Position numbers and translations under genes: made by a program. DNA of 63,308 nt, counting the filler, from Nitrospinota bacterium (GTDB lineage Bacteria; JAUXIQ01), in NCBI GenBank assembly GCA_030620925.1. It is 13 parts of 13 records of this genome, joined end to end, with 100 filler letters (N's around TTAATTAATTAA, not from the genome) between each part and the next. Parts side by side here need not be neighbours in the genome. Positions count along the whole stretch, not along the records: positions 51,379 to 54,213 come from JAUXIQ010000399.1; positions 54,314 to 57,363 come from JAUXIQ010000368.1; positions 57,464 to 60,574 come from JAUXIQ010000361.1; positions 60,675 to 63,308 come from JAUXIQ010000427.1; 9 more parts are not named here. One strand, given 5' to 3'. Shown here piece after piece: positions 51,990 to 61,477 of the stretch. Numbering within the stretch: position 1 is the first letter of the stretch; every line of letters begins with the position of its first letter. The notes under the pieces are model-generated. The model searched no databases. It worked only from the letters and a program-made list of their open reading frames with translations, and was not told the origin of the DNA.

Positions 51990-52595
51990 ATGGAACGCTC
52001 CCAAATCACAGTAATAATGCCGGCGGCAGGCCGTTCTCGCAGGATGGGAACCATTAAACAACTCCTGCCCCTGGATCAATCCACCCTGCTTCATAAGACC
52101 ATATCAAACCTCACCGCTTGCCCCTTGACTGACATTCTGGTGGTCCTGGGTTACGAAGCGGAAAAGATTCGGTCTCACATCCAGGACCTCCCCGTCAGTG
52201 TCCTGATCAACGAAAACTTCGATGAAGGCATGAGCTCTTCCATAAAGTGCGGCCTTGAGCGGCTTAAACCTTCCTGCGGCAGCATTCTCATCGCCCTGGG
52301 AGACCAGCCCTTCATCTCCACCCAATTGGTTAACAGGCTCATTGAGAGATACCTGAACAGCAACAAAGGTATCACCTACCCCGTACACAAGGGTCGAAAA
52401 GGACACCCCGTCATCCTGGACAGAAAGTATGAAGCCGAGATACGGCTTCTGGGTGGCGATACGGGGTGCAGGCAAATCCTCGACGACCATCCGGATGACC
52501 ACCTGACCATAGAGGTCGATGACGAAAGAATATTCTGGGACATCGATTATCCGGAAGATTACCGCCTTCTGAAAAAGCAGGGGCACATTAAATGA
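51990..52595 (+). CDS. mocA: Molybdenum cofactor cytidylyltransferase (MocA/YgfJ family)
   Basis: AAGRSRRMG..KQLL, GMSSSI, LGDQP, GHPV and DID.PEDY. Confidence 0.88.
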   Translation: MERSQITVIMPAAGRSRRMGTIKQLLPLDQSTLLHKTISNLTACPLTDILVVLGYEAEKIRSHIQDLPVSVLINENFDEGMSSSIKCGLERLKPSCGSILIALGDQPFISTQLVNRLIERYLNSNKGITYPVHKGRKGHPVILDRKYEAEIRLLGGDTGCRQILDDHPDDHLTIEVDDERIFWDIDYPEDYRLLKKQGHIK

Positions 52596-53380
52596 GCGAC
52601 GTTAACGAAACGGTGCTCTTGAACGCCCTGGACGTGGGGAAAGGTGAAGTGATCAGCCTGGTGGGCGGAGGGGGCAAGACCAGCATCATGTTCGGCGCGG
52701 CGCGTGAATTGATGGGAAAAGGAATCCCGGTTATCACCACCACCACCACCAAAATTATGGAGCCGCGCATAGAGCAAACGCCCCATCTGCATCTCTGCGA
52801 AGAACAGGGAATAACCGGAGACTTCTGGAAAGAGCTCGATCTTCACCGCCACGTAACTCTAGCCGACAGCCGTCTGCCGGAAGGGAAACTGAAGGGGATA
52901 GAACCAAGCGCAGTGACGGCGCTGACATCCCACGAAACCGTTAAGCCCACCATCATAGTGGAAGCCGACGGCTCCGCCCAACGCCCGCTCAAGGCGCCCA
53001 ACGACACCGAACCGGTGGTCCCCGTGGAAACGACCATGCTCGTCGCCGTCCTGGGTATCGAAGCTCTGGGGGCGGCTCTGGGACCTGAGCACGTATTCCG
53101 CCCCGAAATCTACTCCCGATTGACCGGCCTCGCCGCGGGCGATGCCATAACCGCAGAGTCGATCGCCGCATCCTTCGCCCATCCCGACGGCCTGCTGCGG
53201 GATAAGCCCAGCGGCTCACGCGTGGCCGTCTTCATCAATAAAGTAGAAAGCGAGGAAGGGCTCTGCCGGGCCGGAAATCTCGCCAGGCTCCTGCTCCTGG
53301 GCGGCATCTCAAGCCTGTGCCGGGTCATAATCGGCCGGGCCAAACACCCCCCGGCCATCCTGGACATCATCTATCCATAA
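52592..53380 (+). CDS. yqeC: Selenium cofactor biosynthesis protein YqeC
   Basis: VGGGGKTS, TTTTK and VEADGS..RPLKAP..EP. Confidence 0.92.
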   Translation: MSDVNETVLLNALDVGKGEVISLVGGGGKTSIMFGAARELMGKGIPVITTTTTKIMEPRIEQTPHLHLCEEQGITGDFWKELDLHRHVTLADSRLPEGKLKGIEPSAVTALTSHETVKPTIIVEADGSAQRPLKAPNDTEPVVPVETTMLVAVLGIEALGAALGPEHVFRPEIYSRLTGLAAGDAITAESIAASFAHPDGLLRDKPSGSRVAVFINKVESEEGLCRAGNLARLLLLGGISSLCRVIIGRAKHPPAILDIIYP

Positions 53381-53395
53381 TCATGTAAATACTCG

Positions 53396-53830
53396 CTACA
53401 TAGTCTTCTGAAGAAAAATCCCCCGCTTTTCATAACCGAATTTTTCGTAAAACGCGTGGGCCCTCTCGTTATCCAGCCTGGACCACAGCTCTACAAATTT
53501 GCAGCCGCGCTCAGCGGCGTATTGAACGGCGCGCTCCATCAACTGCCCCGCCACGCCGCCCCCGCGAGCGTCTCCCGAAACGATGAACTCGTCTATCTCG
53601 GCTTTGACGCAATGGGCGTAGAAGGCTTCCTTGTGATATACGGTGAGGGTAATTAACCCCTCCACCTTTCCATCTCTGTCGGCGATAAAAACGGCCCGTT
53701 TATCGGACGTCAGGCCATTTTCAAAAACTTCCTTCATCCCCTCTATCTCCTCGATAGGACGCCTCAACAGCTCCGCCAACAGCGGAACCATCTGCTCGAA
53801 ATCGGCTTCCATCGCCCTTCTGATCTCCAT
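53396..53830 (-). CDS. GNAT N-acetyltransferase
   Basis: IRRA, ARGGGVA and AHAFYEKFGY; RBS GGAGGAG before ATG 53830. Confidence 0.9.
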   Translation of the reverse strand: MEIRRAMEADFEQMVPLLAELLRRPIEEIEGMKEVFENGLTSDKRAVFIADRDGKVEGLITLTVYHKEAFYAHCVKAEIDEFIVSGDARGGGVAGQLMERAVQYAAERGCKFVELWSRLDNERAHAFYEKFGYEKRGIFLQKTM

Positions 53831-54314
53831 ACCATCTCCTCCGATTAAGCACTTCGCTCGGCGAAAATCCGTTAGTGTCCGTAATAGAGGCGATTGCAAG
53901 AGTATCACAGTCCGATACAGAACAGTAGCACAGACCATGAAAACACAATCTAAATTTCCTCAGTGAGACGGAATCGCGGTAACATCCGCCCTGAAAGTGA
54001 TGCCGATCCTGCGTCAATTTTTCCCCATAAAAGTTAATAGAGACCCCCCGCGGAACGCGGGGTCGCCACCCGAAACGACTTTTAAAGCAGCGCCTTCCAG
54101 GCGCGAAAATTCAATTACCGGGAATGCTTTCGTAATAGAGACTTTACACCGTTGATGGCGCAAGCTAAAATAAGTATTGGTTTATTTTTAATTAAAATGT
54201 CTTAACTTAGAGGNNNNNNNNNNNNNNNNNNNNNNNNNNNNNNNNNNNNNNNNNNNNTTAATTAATTAANNNNNNNNNNNNNNNNNNNNNNNNNNNNNNN
54301 NNNNNNNNNNNNNA

Positions 54315-55343
54315 GCCGCCTACTTTTACACCCTGGTGCCCAAGGAGATAGTGCATGCCGCGGGCATGCTGCCCGTCCAGTTAATGGAGGAAAAGGACGG
54401 AAGCCATCTGGAACAGGAATCCAACCTTCAGACTTTCGTGTGCGGGCTGGCCAGGAACGTTACAGGTCAGATATATAAAAAGGCCTACGATTATGCTGAT
54501 GTATGCGTGGTGGCCGTGGTCTGCGACACCAACCGCCGCGTGTTCGACATCTGGGATTACAAGAACCTGTTCCCCAACATGATACTCATGGGCTACGTCC
54601 AGACCAAAAACGAAGGCTCCACGCAATACCTGGCCGGGGAGTTCGATCGTTTCAGAAAGTTACTGGAACCCATCGCCGGAAAAGAGATACTCGACGACAT
54701 GGTCAAAAGCTCCGTAGAGACCTTCAACGAGAACAGGGCCCTGTTCCGCGAGCTGTATAAGATCAGGGCGCAGAACAGCGAGGCCATTTCCGGCTCCGAC
54801 GTGATGGATGTTATCGGGGCCAGCCTGGTGATGCCCGTGGAAGAACACACCGCCATGCTCAAGCAGCTTGTGGATTCGCTTCCCAAGGGTGCTTCCAGCA
54901 ACGGTAAGCCCCGGCTGATGCTCTGCGCGTACAACTTCAATATCGCCGGTGAAGTTTCCCGTATCGCTGAGAGGGTTGGAGCTTCGGTCACGGCAGATGA
55001 TCTGACCAACAGCATCCGCTACTGCCTGAAAGACATTAAAACGGGGGCTTATATCATGGATTCCCTGGCGGAAGGATACCTCTTCGAGATACCGGCGCCG
55101 GGTCTCTACTCCTTCGAGAAGAAGATGGACTTCATCGAGCAGTCCATGAAAGACGCGGGAGCCAAGGGCCTGGTATACGTGGTGCAATCCATGTGCGACG
55201 CCTATGCCATGGAATACGCCGTCATGAAGGACAAGTTTGAGGAGCGGAAGATACCCTACCTGCACCTGGAGGTGGAGGACTCCCCGACTTCAGTGGAGCA
55301 CATGAACACCCGCATCGAGTCCTTCGTAGAATCGCTGAGCTAA
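54315..55343 (+). CDS. 2-hydroxyacyl-CoA dehydratase / benzoyl-CoA reductase subunit family (HgdB/FldC-like; 5' truncated)
   Basis: VPKEIVHAAG..P, Cys motifs FVC, VCD and MCD, and C-terminal TRIESFVE. Confidence 0.88.
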   Translation, partial: AAYFYTLVPKEIVHAAGMLPVQLMEEKDGSHLEQESNLQTFVCGLARNVTGQIYKKAYDYADVCVVAVVCDTNRRVFDIWDYKNLFPNMILMGYVQTKNEGSTQYLAGEFDRFRKLLEPIAGKEILDDMVKSSVETFNENRALFRELYKIRAQNSEAISGSDVMDVIGASLVMPVEEHTAMLKQLVDSLPKGASSNGKPRLMLCAYNFNIAGEVSRIAERVGASVTADDLTNSIRYCLKDIKTGAYIMDSLAEGYLFEIPAPGLYSFEKKMDFIEQSMKDAGAKGLVYVVQSMCDAYAMEYAVMKDKFEERKIPYLHLEVEDSPTSVEHMNTRIESFVESLS

Positions 55344-55358
55344 AAAAAGAAAGCGCAC

Positions 55359-55394
55359 AATGGGCGGCTGACTTCAGCCGCCCATTCTTATTTT
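55359..55394 (+). terminator. Intrinsic terminator
   Basis: AATGGGCGGCTG-ACTT-CAGCCGCCCATT followed by a T-rich tract. Confidence 0.8.
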
Positions 55395-55439
55395 ATCTGA
55401 ATTCATCCCGATTTTTTCATTAGGTTATGCAAAACATCC

Positions 55440-55498
55440 GTAGGGGTCCCGCTTTAGCGGGATGCCTGCCCAGGGCGACCACAAGGGTCGCCCCTACA
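55440..55498. repeat. GTAG-type REP element
   Basis: GTAGGGG...GGGCGACCACAAGGGTCGCCCCTAC. Confidence 0.75.
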
Positions 55499-55535
55499 GG
55501 ACTACGGTTATAACCGGTCGGGCGGGGGAATGGCC

Positions 55536-55852
55536 TCATGCTTCCTGAGGCCTGTGCTCTTTTATCACTTTCGCAGGGACACCCACGGCGGTAACATACT
55601 CTGGTATGTCTTTGACCACCGCCGCGTTGGCGCCTACGATACTCCACTTTCCTATGGTCAGACCCTGGATCACCGAAGCGCCTATTCCCACGTCCGCACC
55701 TTCTTTTACAGTAATATCGCCCGCCAGGCTGGCCCCCGGGGAGATGTTGACTAATTTTTCCAGGATAGTGTCGTGACCCACGCTGACGTTTGTATGCACC
55801 GCCACATGATCGTTGAGCAGAGCCCCGGGCCCAGAATCACCACCTTCTGCAT
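55536..55852 (-). pseudogene. NeuD/PglD-type sugar acetyltransferase with internal deletion and frameshift
   Basis: ATG 55852 gives MQKVVILGPG, joined out of frame to the hexapeptide C-terminus (VGHD...GASVIQG...GVPAK). Confidence 0.75.
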
Positions 55853-55873
55853 ATGAATGCCCTTATAGTTATT

Positions 55874-57037
55874 CTACCGGAAGGCGTCGAAACCCAGCAT
55901 TTCCCTTCCCACGATGAGCTGGTTTATCTGGGTGGTTCCATCAGGGATGAGGAAGCAGACCGCGTCGCGGAAGTAACGCTCCATGGGATATTCTTCCGAT
56001 AGGCCGTAGGCCCCGTGGACCTGTATCCCTTTGAGCGTCACCCTCACCGCCGCCTCCGTGGCCCAGTATTTGGCCATGGAGGATTCGCGGTTGCAGCGCC
56101 CCATTCTGTCCAGCAGGTCCATGGCCCTGTGGACCATGAGGCGGGCGGCGTCGGTGTCGGCGGCCATGTCGGCGATCATCTGCTGGATGAGCTGGAACCG
56201 GCCTATCTCCTTGCCGAACTGGGTGCGCTCCCTGGCGTATTTCACCGATGCGTCCACCGCCGCCTGGGCGCATCCCACGGCGCCGATGGACATGGCGAGT
56301 CGTGCCCCTTCGATGGCCTTCAAGGAAAACTTCAGCCCTTCCCCAAGTTCTCCCAGCAGGTTGTTTTTAGGAACCCGGCAGTCCTCGAACACCAGCTCGG
56401 CGGTGGGGAACCCTTTGAAACCCAGCTTTCTGATTTCGCGGCTCTGGAAAGGGGAGACGCTTCCGTCCACTATCAGGTGCGACATGCTGTCCTGGTGGGG
56501 GCCGTCGTCGGTCTTGGTGGTCAGGATGCAGATGTCGGCTATGGTGCCGTTACTGATCCACATCTTCGAGCCGTTGATGACGTATTCATCCCCGTCGGAA
56601 ACGGCCCTGGTCTGCATCTCCCTGGGGTTGGAGCCCGCGTTGGACTCGGTGATGCCGGAGCAGGGGATGAGCTCCCCCTCCATTATCGGTTTCAGGTAGG
56701 TCTCTTTCTGTTCTGCGTTTCCCCGCAGGTGCAGCGTCTCAGCGGCGCCGTAGACGATGCTCACCGCACCGCCCAGCGAAGCCCAGACGCGGAACAGCTC
56801 CTCGTTGATTATCCCGTTTTCCTGGTAGGAGAGCCCGGACCCGCCGTCTTCTTCCGGCACCACGCCGCCCAGGAAGCCGAAAGGTTTCAGCTTACCCAGG
56901 AACTCCTTGAACAGGTCCTGGGGCAGCGGGTGATATTTGCGGTCGTATTCACCGGCCAGGGGGGCGATCTCCCTGTCCATGAACTCTCGCACCGTGCTCT
57001 GCAACAATTTTTGCTCGTCGGTCAATACAAAATCCAT
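55874..57037 (-). CDS. Acyl-CoA dehydrogenase
   Basis: ITESNAGS, NGSKMWISNG, RTQFGKEI, QVHGAYG and PDGT. Confidence 0.95.
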   Translation of the reverse strand: MDFVLTDEQKLLQSTVREFMDREIAPLAGEYDRKYHPLPQDLFKEFLGKLKPFGFLGGVVPEEDGGSGLSYQENGIINEELFRVWASLGGAVSIVYGAAETLHLRGNAEQKETYLKPIMEGELIPCSGITESNAGSNPREMQTRAVSDGDEYVINGSKMWISNGTIADICILTTKTDDGPHQDSMSHLIVDGSVSPFQSREIRKLGFKGFPTAELVFEDCRVPKNNLLGELGEGLKFSLKAIEGARLAMSIGAVGCAQAAVDASVKYARERTQFGKEIGRFQLIQQMIADMAADTDAARLMVHRAMDLLDRMGRCNRESSMAKYWATEAAVRVTLKGIQVHGAYGLSEEYPMERYFRDAVCFLIPDGTTQINQLIVGREMLGFDAFR

Positions 57038-57137
57038 GGTTACCCCCAATTATGAGTTTTTTCCATCTTATATATCTGCTATAAGGATGTAAACAGACAT
57101 TCTTTGATAGTCGCCGCCCGCAGTGAAGGAGAGGAAA

Positions 57138-57363
57138 ATGCCGGCTGATAAGGTATTCAAACAGATAAACCAGGTGGGGCTAGTGGTCAAGGACCTCCAG
57201 AAGTCGATGGAGCACTACTGGAACGATTTCGGCATCGGACCCTGGGACATCTTCACTTTTGAGCACCCCCTCGTCCAGGACATGACAATAAAGGGCGAGC
57301 CGACCCAATACCGGATGAAGCTGGCCCTGGCCCGTATGGGCAAGGTCACCATCGAGCTTATAC
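57138..57363 (+). CDS. VOC/glyoxalase family protein (methylmalonyl-CoA epimerase-like; 3' truncated)
   Basis: QVGLVVKDL, GIGPW and TIELI; RBS AGGAGAGG. Confidence 0.85.
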
Positions 57364-57463
57364 NNNNNNNNNNNNNNNNNNNNNNNNNNNNNNNNNNNNN
57401 NNNNNNNTTAATTAATTAANNNNNNNNNNNNNNNNNNNNNNNNNNNNNNNNNNNNNNNNNNNN

Positions 57464-57790
57464 ACCGCCGCCCTCAAGGAAGAGGGTTTCGGGGTCCTGA
57501 CTGAGATCGACGTTAAAACCACGCTCAAGACCAAACTGGACGCCGATTTCAGGAAATACATCATCCTGGGCGCCTGTAACCCTACCCTGGCCCACGAGGC
57601 CCTGAACACCGAACTGGATATAGGGCTGCTCCTTCCCTGCAACGTTATCGTGTATGAGGATGAGACGGGGGGGAGCGTGGTCTCCGCCATAGACCCTATC
57701 AGCGCCCTGGGCATCGTGGACAACCCCGCCCTCAAGGAACTTGCCGATACGGTGGCCTCCAAACTCAAGAAGGTAATTGACTCACTGTAA
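57464..57790 (+). CDS. DUF302 family protein (5' truncated)
   Basis: Manual translation GFGVLTEIDV...YIILGACNP...IGLLLPCNV. Confidence 0.9.
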   Translation, partial: TAALKEEGFGVLTEIDVKTTLKTKLDADFRKYIILGACNPTLAHEALNTELDIGLLLPCNVIVYEDETGGSVVSAIDPISALGIVDNPALKELADTVASKLKKVIDSL

Positions 57791-57899
57791 GATGATGCAG
57801 GGTACAAACATCATGCTTACAAGTTTTTTGAGGTAGCTTGAGTCCAGCGGGAGGCGGGTTTTTTTCTAGAAAGGTTCCCTTAAAAGGTTTCCCCAATCT

Positions 57900-59060
57900 T
57901 TAGGGAAACGTGTAGCTGCGCTCCTCGGCCTGGGTCACGCCCTGCTCCACCAGGCGGGGCACGTCGAGTGCCCCCTCCGCTTCCAGCACCTCCTCCAGTT
58001 TGCTGCGTGTGGCCGGCTTGCGGGGGATGAAGAGCTGGCAGCAATCCTGGTCGGGTATGATAGATGTTTCGTAGGTGCCGATATCCATGGCCTGCCTGGA
58101 TATCTCATCCTTATCCATGCCTATCAGAGGACGCAGCACGGGTATATCCACCGCCTGGTCAATAACGCTGAGGTTCTCCAGGGTCTGCGAAGCTACCTGC
58201 CCCAGGCTCTCTCCGGTAACCAGAGCTCTGGCGTCTTGCTTTTTAGCTATCTCTACGGCTATGCGCAGCATGAGACGCCGGTAGATTACCACCCGCAATG
58301 GAGCCGGAGCCAGCACCACCACTTCCTTCTGTATATCACCGAAGGGGACCAGGTAGAGAATGCTCTGATACTGGTATCGGGTGAGATGAAGGGCGATCTC
58401 CTGGGCTTTCTCCTGTGACTTCTTGTTAAGATAAGGGAAGCTGTGGTAATGGACGAAAACGATACGGCAGCCGCGGCGCATCATGCGGCAGGAGGCTACA
58501 GGGGAGTCTATACCACCCGAAAGGAGGGAGACCAGTTTTCCGCCGACGCCCACGGGAAGCCCTCCCGCCCCCTCAATATTACGAAAATACAGGAAGGCCT
58601 CGTTGGGCATTATCTCCAGGTGGATATTCAGCTCAGGGTTACCGAGGTCCACACGCTTCCCGGTAAGCTTCACGACATGGGCGCCTATCTCGGCATTTAT
58701 CTGCTGCGAGGTTAGAGGGTAATTTTTGTGCGCACGTCGGGCGGAAATACGGAAACTATCAAAATCGTGCTTTACCGCCTCCGCGGCCACCAGCTCCTTC
58801 ATCCTGTCCATGTCCAGGCCGACCCTTTGCGCCGGGGAGAAGTTGGCGATGCCGAATACGTTTTTGAGACGCTCTTCGACAGCGGGCCAGCAGTCTTCAT
58901 CGCCTATCTTAAGCAGTAACCGGCCCCAGAGCTTCTCCGCCTCCACGCCGGGTATATCCGCCGTCGCCGCCTGGATGTTCTCCACCAGGCGGCCCACGAA
59001 AAAAGGCCTGTTTTGCCCTTTCAGGGCTATCTCGTGGTAATGTATCACAGCGCAATTCAT
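57900..59060 (-). CDS. thiI: tRNA 4-thiouridine synthase (no rhodanese domain)
   Basis: EIALKG.NR, THUMP domain, PP-loop SGGIDSPV and GESLGQVASQT. Confidence 0.96.
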   Translation of the reverse strand: MNCAVIHYHEIALKGQNRPFFVGRLVENIQAATADIPGVEAEKLWGRLLLKIGDEDCWPAVEERLKNVFGIANFSPAQRVGLDMDRMKELVAAEAVKHDFDSFRISARRAHKNYPLTSQQINAEIGAHVVKLTGKRVDLGNPELNIHLEIMPNEAFLYFRNIEGAGGLPVGVGGKLVSLLSGGIDSPVASCRMMRRGCRIVFVHYHSFPYLNKKSQEKAQEIALHLTRYQYQSILYLVPFGDIQKEVVVLAPAPLRVVIYRRLMLRIAVEIAKKQDARALVTGESLGQVASQTLENLSVIDQAVDIPVLRPLIGMDKDEISRQAMDIGTYETSIIPDQDCCQLFIPRKPATRSKLEEVLEAEGALDVPRLVEQGVTQAEERSYTFP

Positions 59061-59323
59061 CCCCTTTTACCTCTCCTCGGTCATAATATATCATTTCCTT
59101 TCTTATAGTTCAAATCAGGTCGGAAGCGCAAAAGGTTCTTTCCTTCTGAGCAAAAAAAGGCGTGATCACAGGTAAAGAAATACCCAATAATCGAAGACAT
59201 ACAGCTCTGAGGATTTATCGCTGGAGCAGGCGGAGTGAAAAAGTTGTGACACAAAAATTATATCTGTTTGAGGAATGATTGTTTTGCGTATTCTATTTCA
59301 AGCATCTATCGGAAATCATAGCG

Positions 59324-60265
59324 TCATTTAAATAAATTGAATTTAAAAACGACAAACACGGCCCATGCCGCAATACCCGAAATTAACGTCAATTTCCCTG
59401 CAATCTCTTTTTTCCTTCGTTTGTGGTGTTTTTCTACCCATTCGGGCAGCATTTCAATCTTTTTCTTGTCATCTTCCGAAAGGTTGTTGTTTATTTCCAT
59501 TCTGATATCCTCAACTACATTTTCAGGGACAAAAAACCATTTGTTTGTGGCGTTATTCTTTTTCACATACCTATTAATGTCTTTTCCCAATTTATTTACG
59601 ATATATAGATACCGCTTCTTAACACCCCTATCATATTTATTTGAATTTTCAATTAACTCCAGCTTAGCCGCTTCCTTTATTAATGAAACATCATATTCGA
59701 GTATTTTGCGCTCTAATTCGTCAACCGCAGGATTCGGTTTTAAAACTGACCCGGCGACTACAATCGATATATAACACGCAATGTAAAGCTCCACATAGGG
59801 AACTTCACCAAACTGACCCATGTGTCTCAGAAAATTTCTATTCAACCTCCTGTCGAGGTATCTTCTGACTTTACCAATTGTATCCAGGACATCGAAAGAA
59901 CCCGAATACATGTTAAAAGTAGGAAGTGGAATACTCTCGGCATTTTTTTCCATATCGTGCGGTATGCAGAGATCATGTATATAATGAATAGCAATACCCA
60001 AATTAATCAACGACTCGTCATAACTCTTGCGCAGAAAAGCATCTCTCGATTTTTTAACGTGTTCCGATATAAGCTGCTTCTGTCTATGGACAATAGCCTC
60101 TGAAAAATGCTGGAAATGATGACGGCTGTAATAAATTTCCCGCTCTTTGTCGGGCAATTCCACCCCACGCTTTAATTTCCGCCAATCCATGTAATAATGG
60201 AAATATTGTTCCAGATTTTTGCCGATCCATTCGGCTATGCTATTGTGTAGTTCCAAATCAGGCAT
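59324..60265 (-). CDS. Zinc-dependent phospholipase C / S1-P1 nuclease-like protein with C-terminal TM anchor
   Basis: Early His, G..PD, HH and LGIAIHYIHD..PH motifs; hydrophobic C-terminus; markedly AT-rich. Confidence 0.6.
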   Translation of the reverse strand: MPDLELHNSIAEWIGKNLEQYFHYYMDWRKLKRGVELPDKEREIYYSRHHFQHFSEAIVHRQKQLISEHVKKSRDAFLRKSYDESLINLGIAIHYIHDLCIPHDMEKNAESIPLPTFNMYSGSFDVLDTIGKVRRYLDRRLNRNFLRHMGQFGEVPYVELYIACYISIVVAGSVLKPNPAVDELERKILEYDVSLIKEAAKLELIENSNKYDRGVKKRYLYIVNKLGKDINRYVKKNNATNKWFFVPENVVEDIRMEINNNLSEDDKKKIEMLPEWVEKHHKRRKKEIAGKLTLISGIAAWAVFVVFKFNLFK

Positions 60266-60393
60266 CGATACGTTCCTAACTTAAAAAAGCTGAAAGCGCC
60301 TGTTAATGAGCACATTCTAATATCCGGCTCGATTCAGATAGTTACTCCAACTTAAATATATATCGGCATCTTATTGGTATCTGTAAACCCTTC

Positions 60394-60574
60394 TTATTCC
60401 ACCCGGAAGATAAGGCATCTCAGGTAGCGGTTTCTGGTATGCCCAGTATCACGGGGTAGTCCAGGGCCTGCTCCCTCTCCTGAAGGAGACTGAGATGGCG
60501 GTGTGCGTCAAGGGCGGCCCTGAAAAGCGCGTCGTAAAAGGTCTCCCTCTTAACGTGGTGCGAACAGGTGCAGG
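60394..60574 (-). pseudogene. RlmI-like rRNA methyltransferase C-terminal fragment with 1-nt frameshift
   Basis: CTCSHHV...QALDYPVILGIPET; the expected YLRCLIFRVE* follows in another frame. Confidence 0.65.
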
Positions 60575-60674
60575 NNNNNNNNNNNNNNNNNNNNNNNNNN
60601 NNNNNNNNNNNNNNNNNNTTAATTAATTAANNNNNNNNNNNNNNNNNNNNNNNNNNNNNNNNNNNNNNNNNNNN

Positions 60675-61454
60675 AAAGCAACGGTGAACCCCGCGAACCC
60701 GTGCGGTGAATGCCGATGGTGCAGGAATGGGCGGTATTCACTCTGCCCCACGGGGATGGCCACGGGGATAGGCTTGAGCGACTGGCCGGGGGGGTTGGCC
60801 GAGTACGTTCGGGCCAGGACTTCGCAGGTATGGAAACTCCCCGCCAACGTGAGCCACCGCCAGGGAGCCGTCATAGAACCCCTGGCAGTGGCCCTTCACG
60901 CCGTGCGTGTTAGCGGCGTCTCCCTGGGGCAGTCGGTGCTGGTCATGGGTGCGGGGGCCATCGGCCTTCTGGTGATGCAGCTTGCGAGGAGGGCCGGTGC
61001 GGCGAAGGTGGTGGTGGCCGAGGTGGCCGAGAACAGGCTGGAGGCGGCGGAGAAGCTTGGGGCCGACCGCGTGTTCAACCCGCTCAAGGACGAGCTTCGC
61101 CACGTCAAGAAAGAAATCCCTGAAGGGCCGGATATTGTATTCGAATGCTCCGGCGCTGAACAGGCCATGAATGACGCCCTGAGACTGGTCATCAGGGGAG
61201 GCAAGATAATGATGGTGGGAATGAGCATCAAGCCGGTGAGTCTGAGCCACGTGCACATACTTCAGAAGGAGCTGACCCTCCAGGCCGCACTCAGCTATTC
61301 GGACGATTTTAAATTCGCCATCCCGCTGGTGGCTGATGGTTCCGTTGACGTAGATACACTCATAACCAATGTCGTGCCGCTTGCCGATGTAAAGGAAGCC
61401 TTCGACGAACAGGTGAAAGCGGAGAACTCGATCAAAGTGTTGATCGAAACTTGA
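60675..61454 (+). CDS. Zinc-binding medium-chain dehydrogenase (5' truncated)
   Basis: CGECRWC..C structural Zn site, EPLAVALH and GAGAIG. Confidence 0.93.
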   Translation, partial: KATVNPANPCGECRWCRNGRYSLCPTGMATGIGLSDWPGGLAEYVRARTSQVWKLPANVSHRQGAVIEPLAVALHAVRVSGVSLGQSVLVMGAGAIGLLVMQLARRAGAAKVVVAEVAENRLEAAEKLGADRVFNPLKDELRHVKKEIPEGPDIVFECSGAEQAMNDALRLVIRGGKIMMVGMSIKPVSLSHVHILQKELTLQAALSYSDDFKFAIPLVADGSVDVDTLITNVVPLADVKEAFDEQVKAENSIKVLIET

Positions 61455-61477
61455 GCCGGCCACGGGGTTCGGTTTTT

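Noticed and set aside
56015-57055. Long antisense ORFs (for example 56015-57055, 32248-33261, 44242-45195)
   Set aside because: Shadow frames of GC-rich genuine genes on the opposite strand, with no recognisable motifs.
51379-57363. Selenocysteine (in-frame TGA) recoding near the selenium-trait genes
   Set aside because: No ORF examined showed homology continuing past a TGA; these genes relate to the labile Se cofactor, not Sec.
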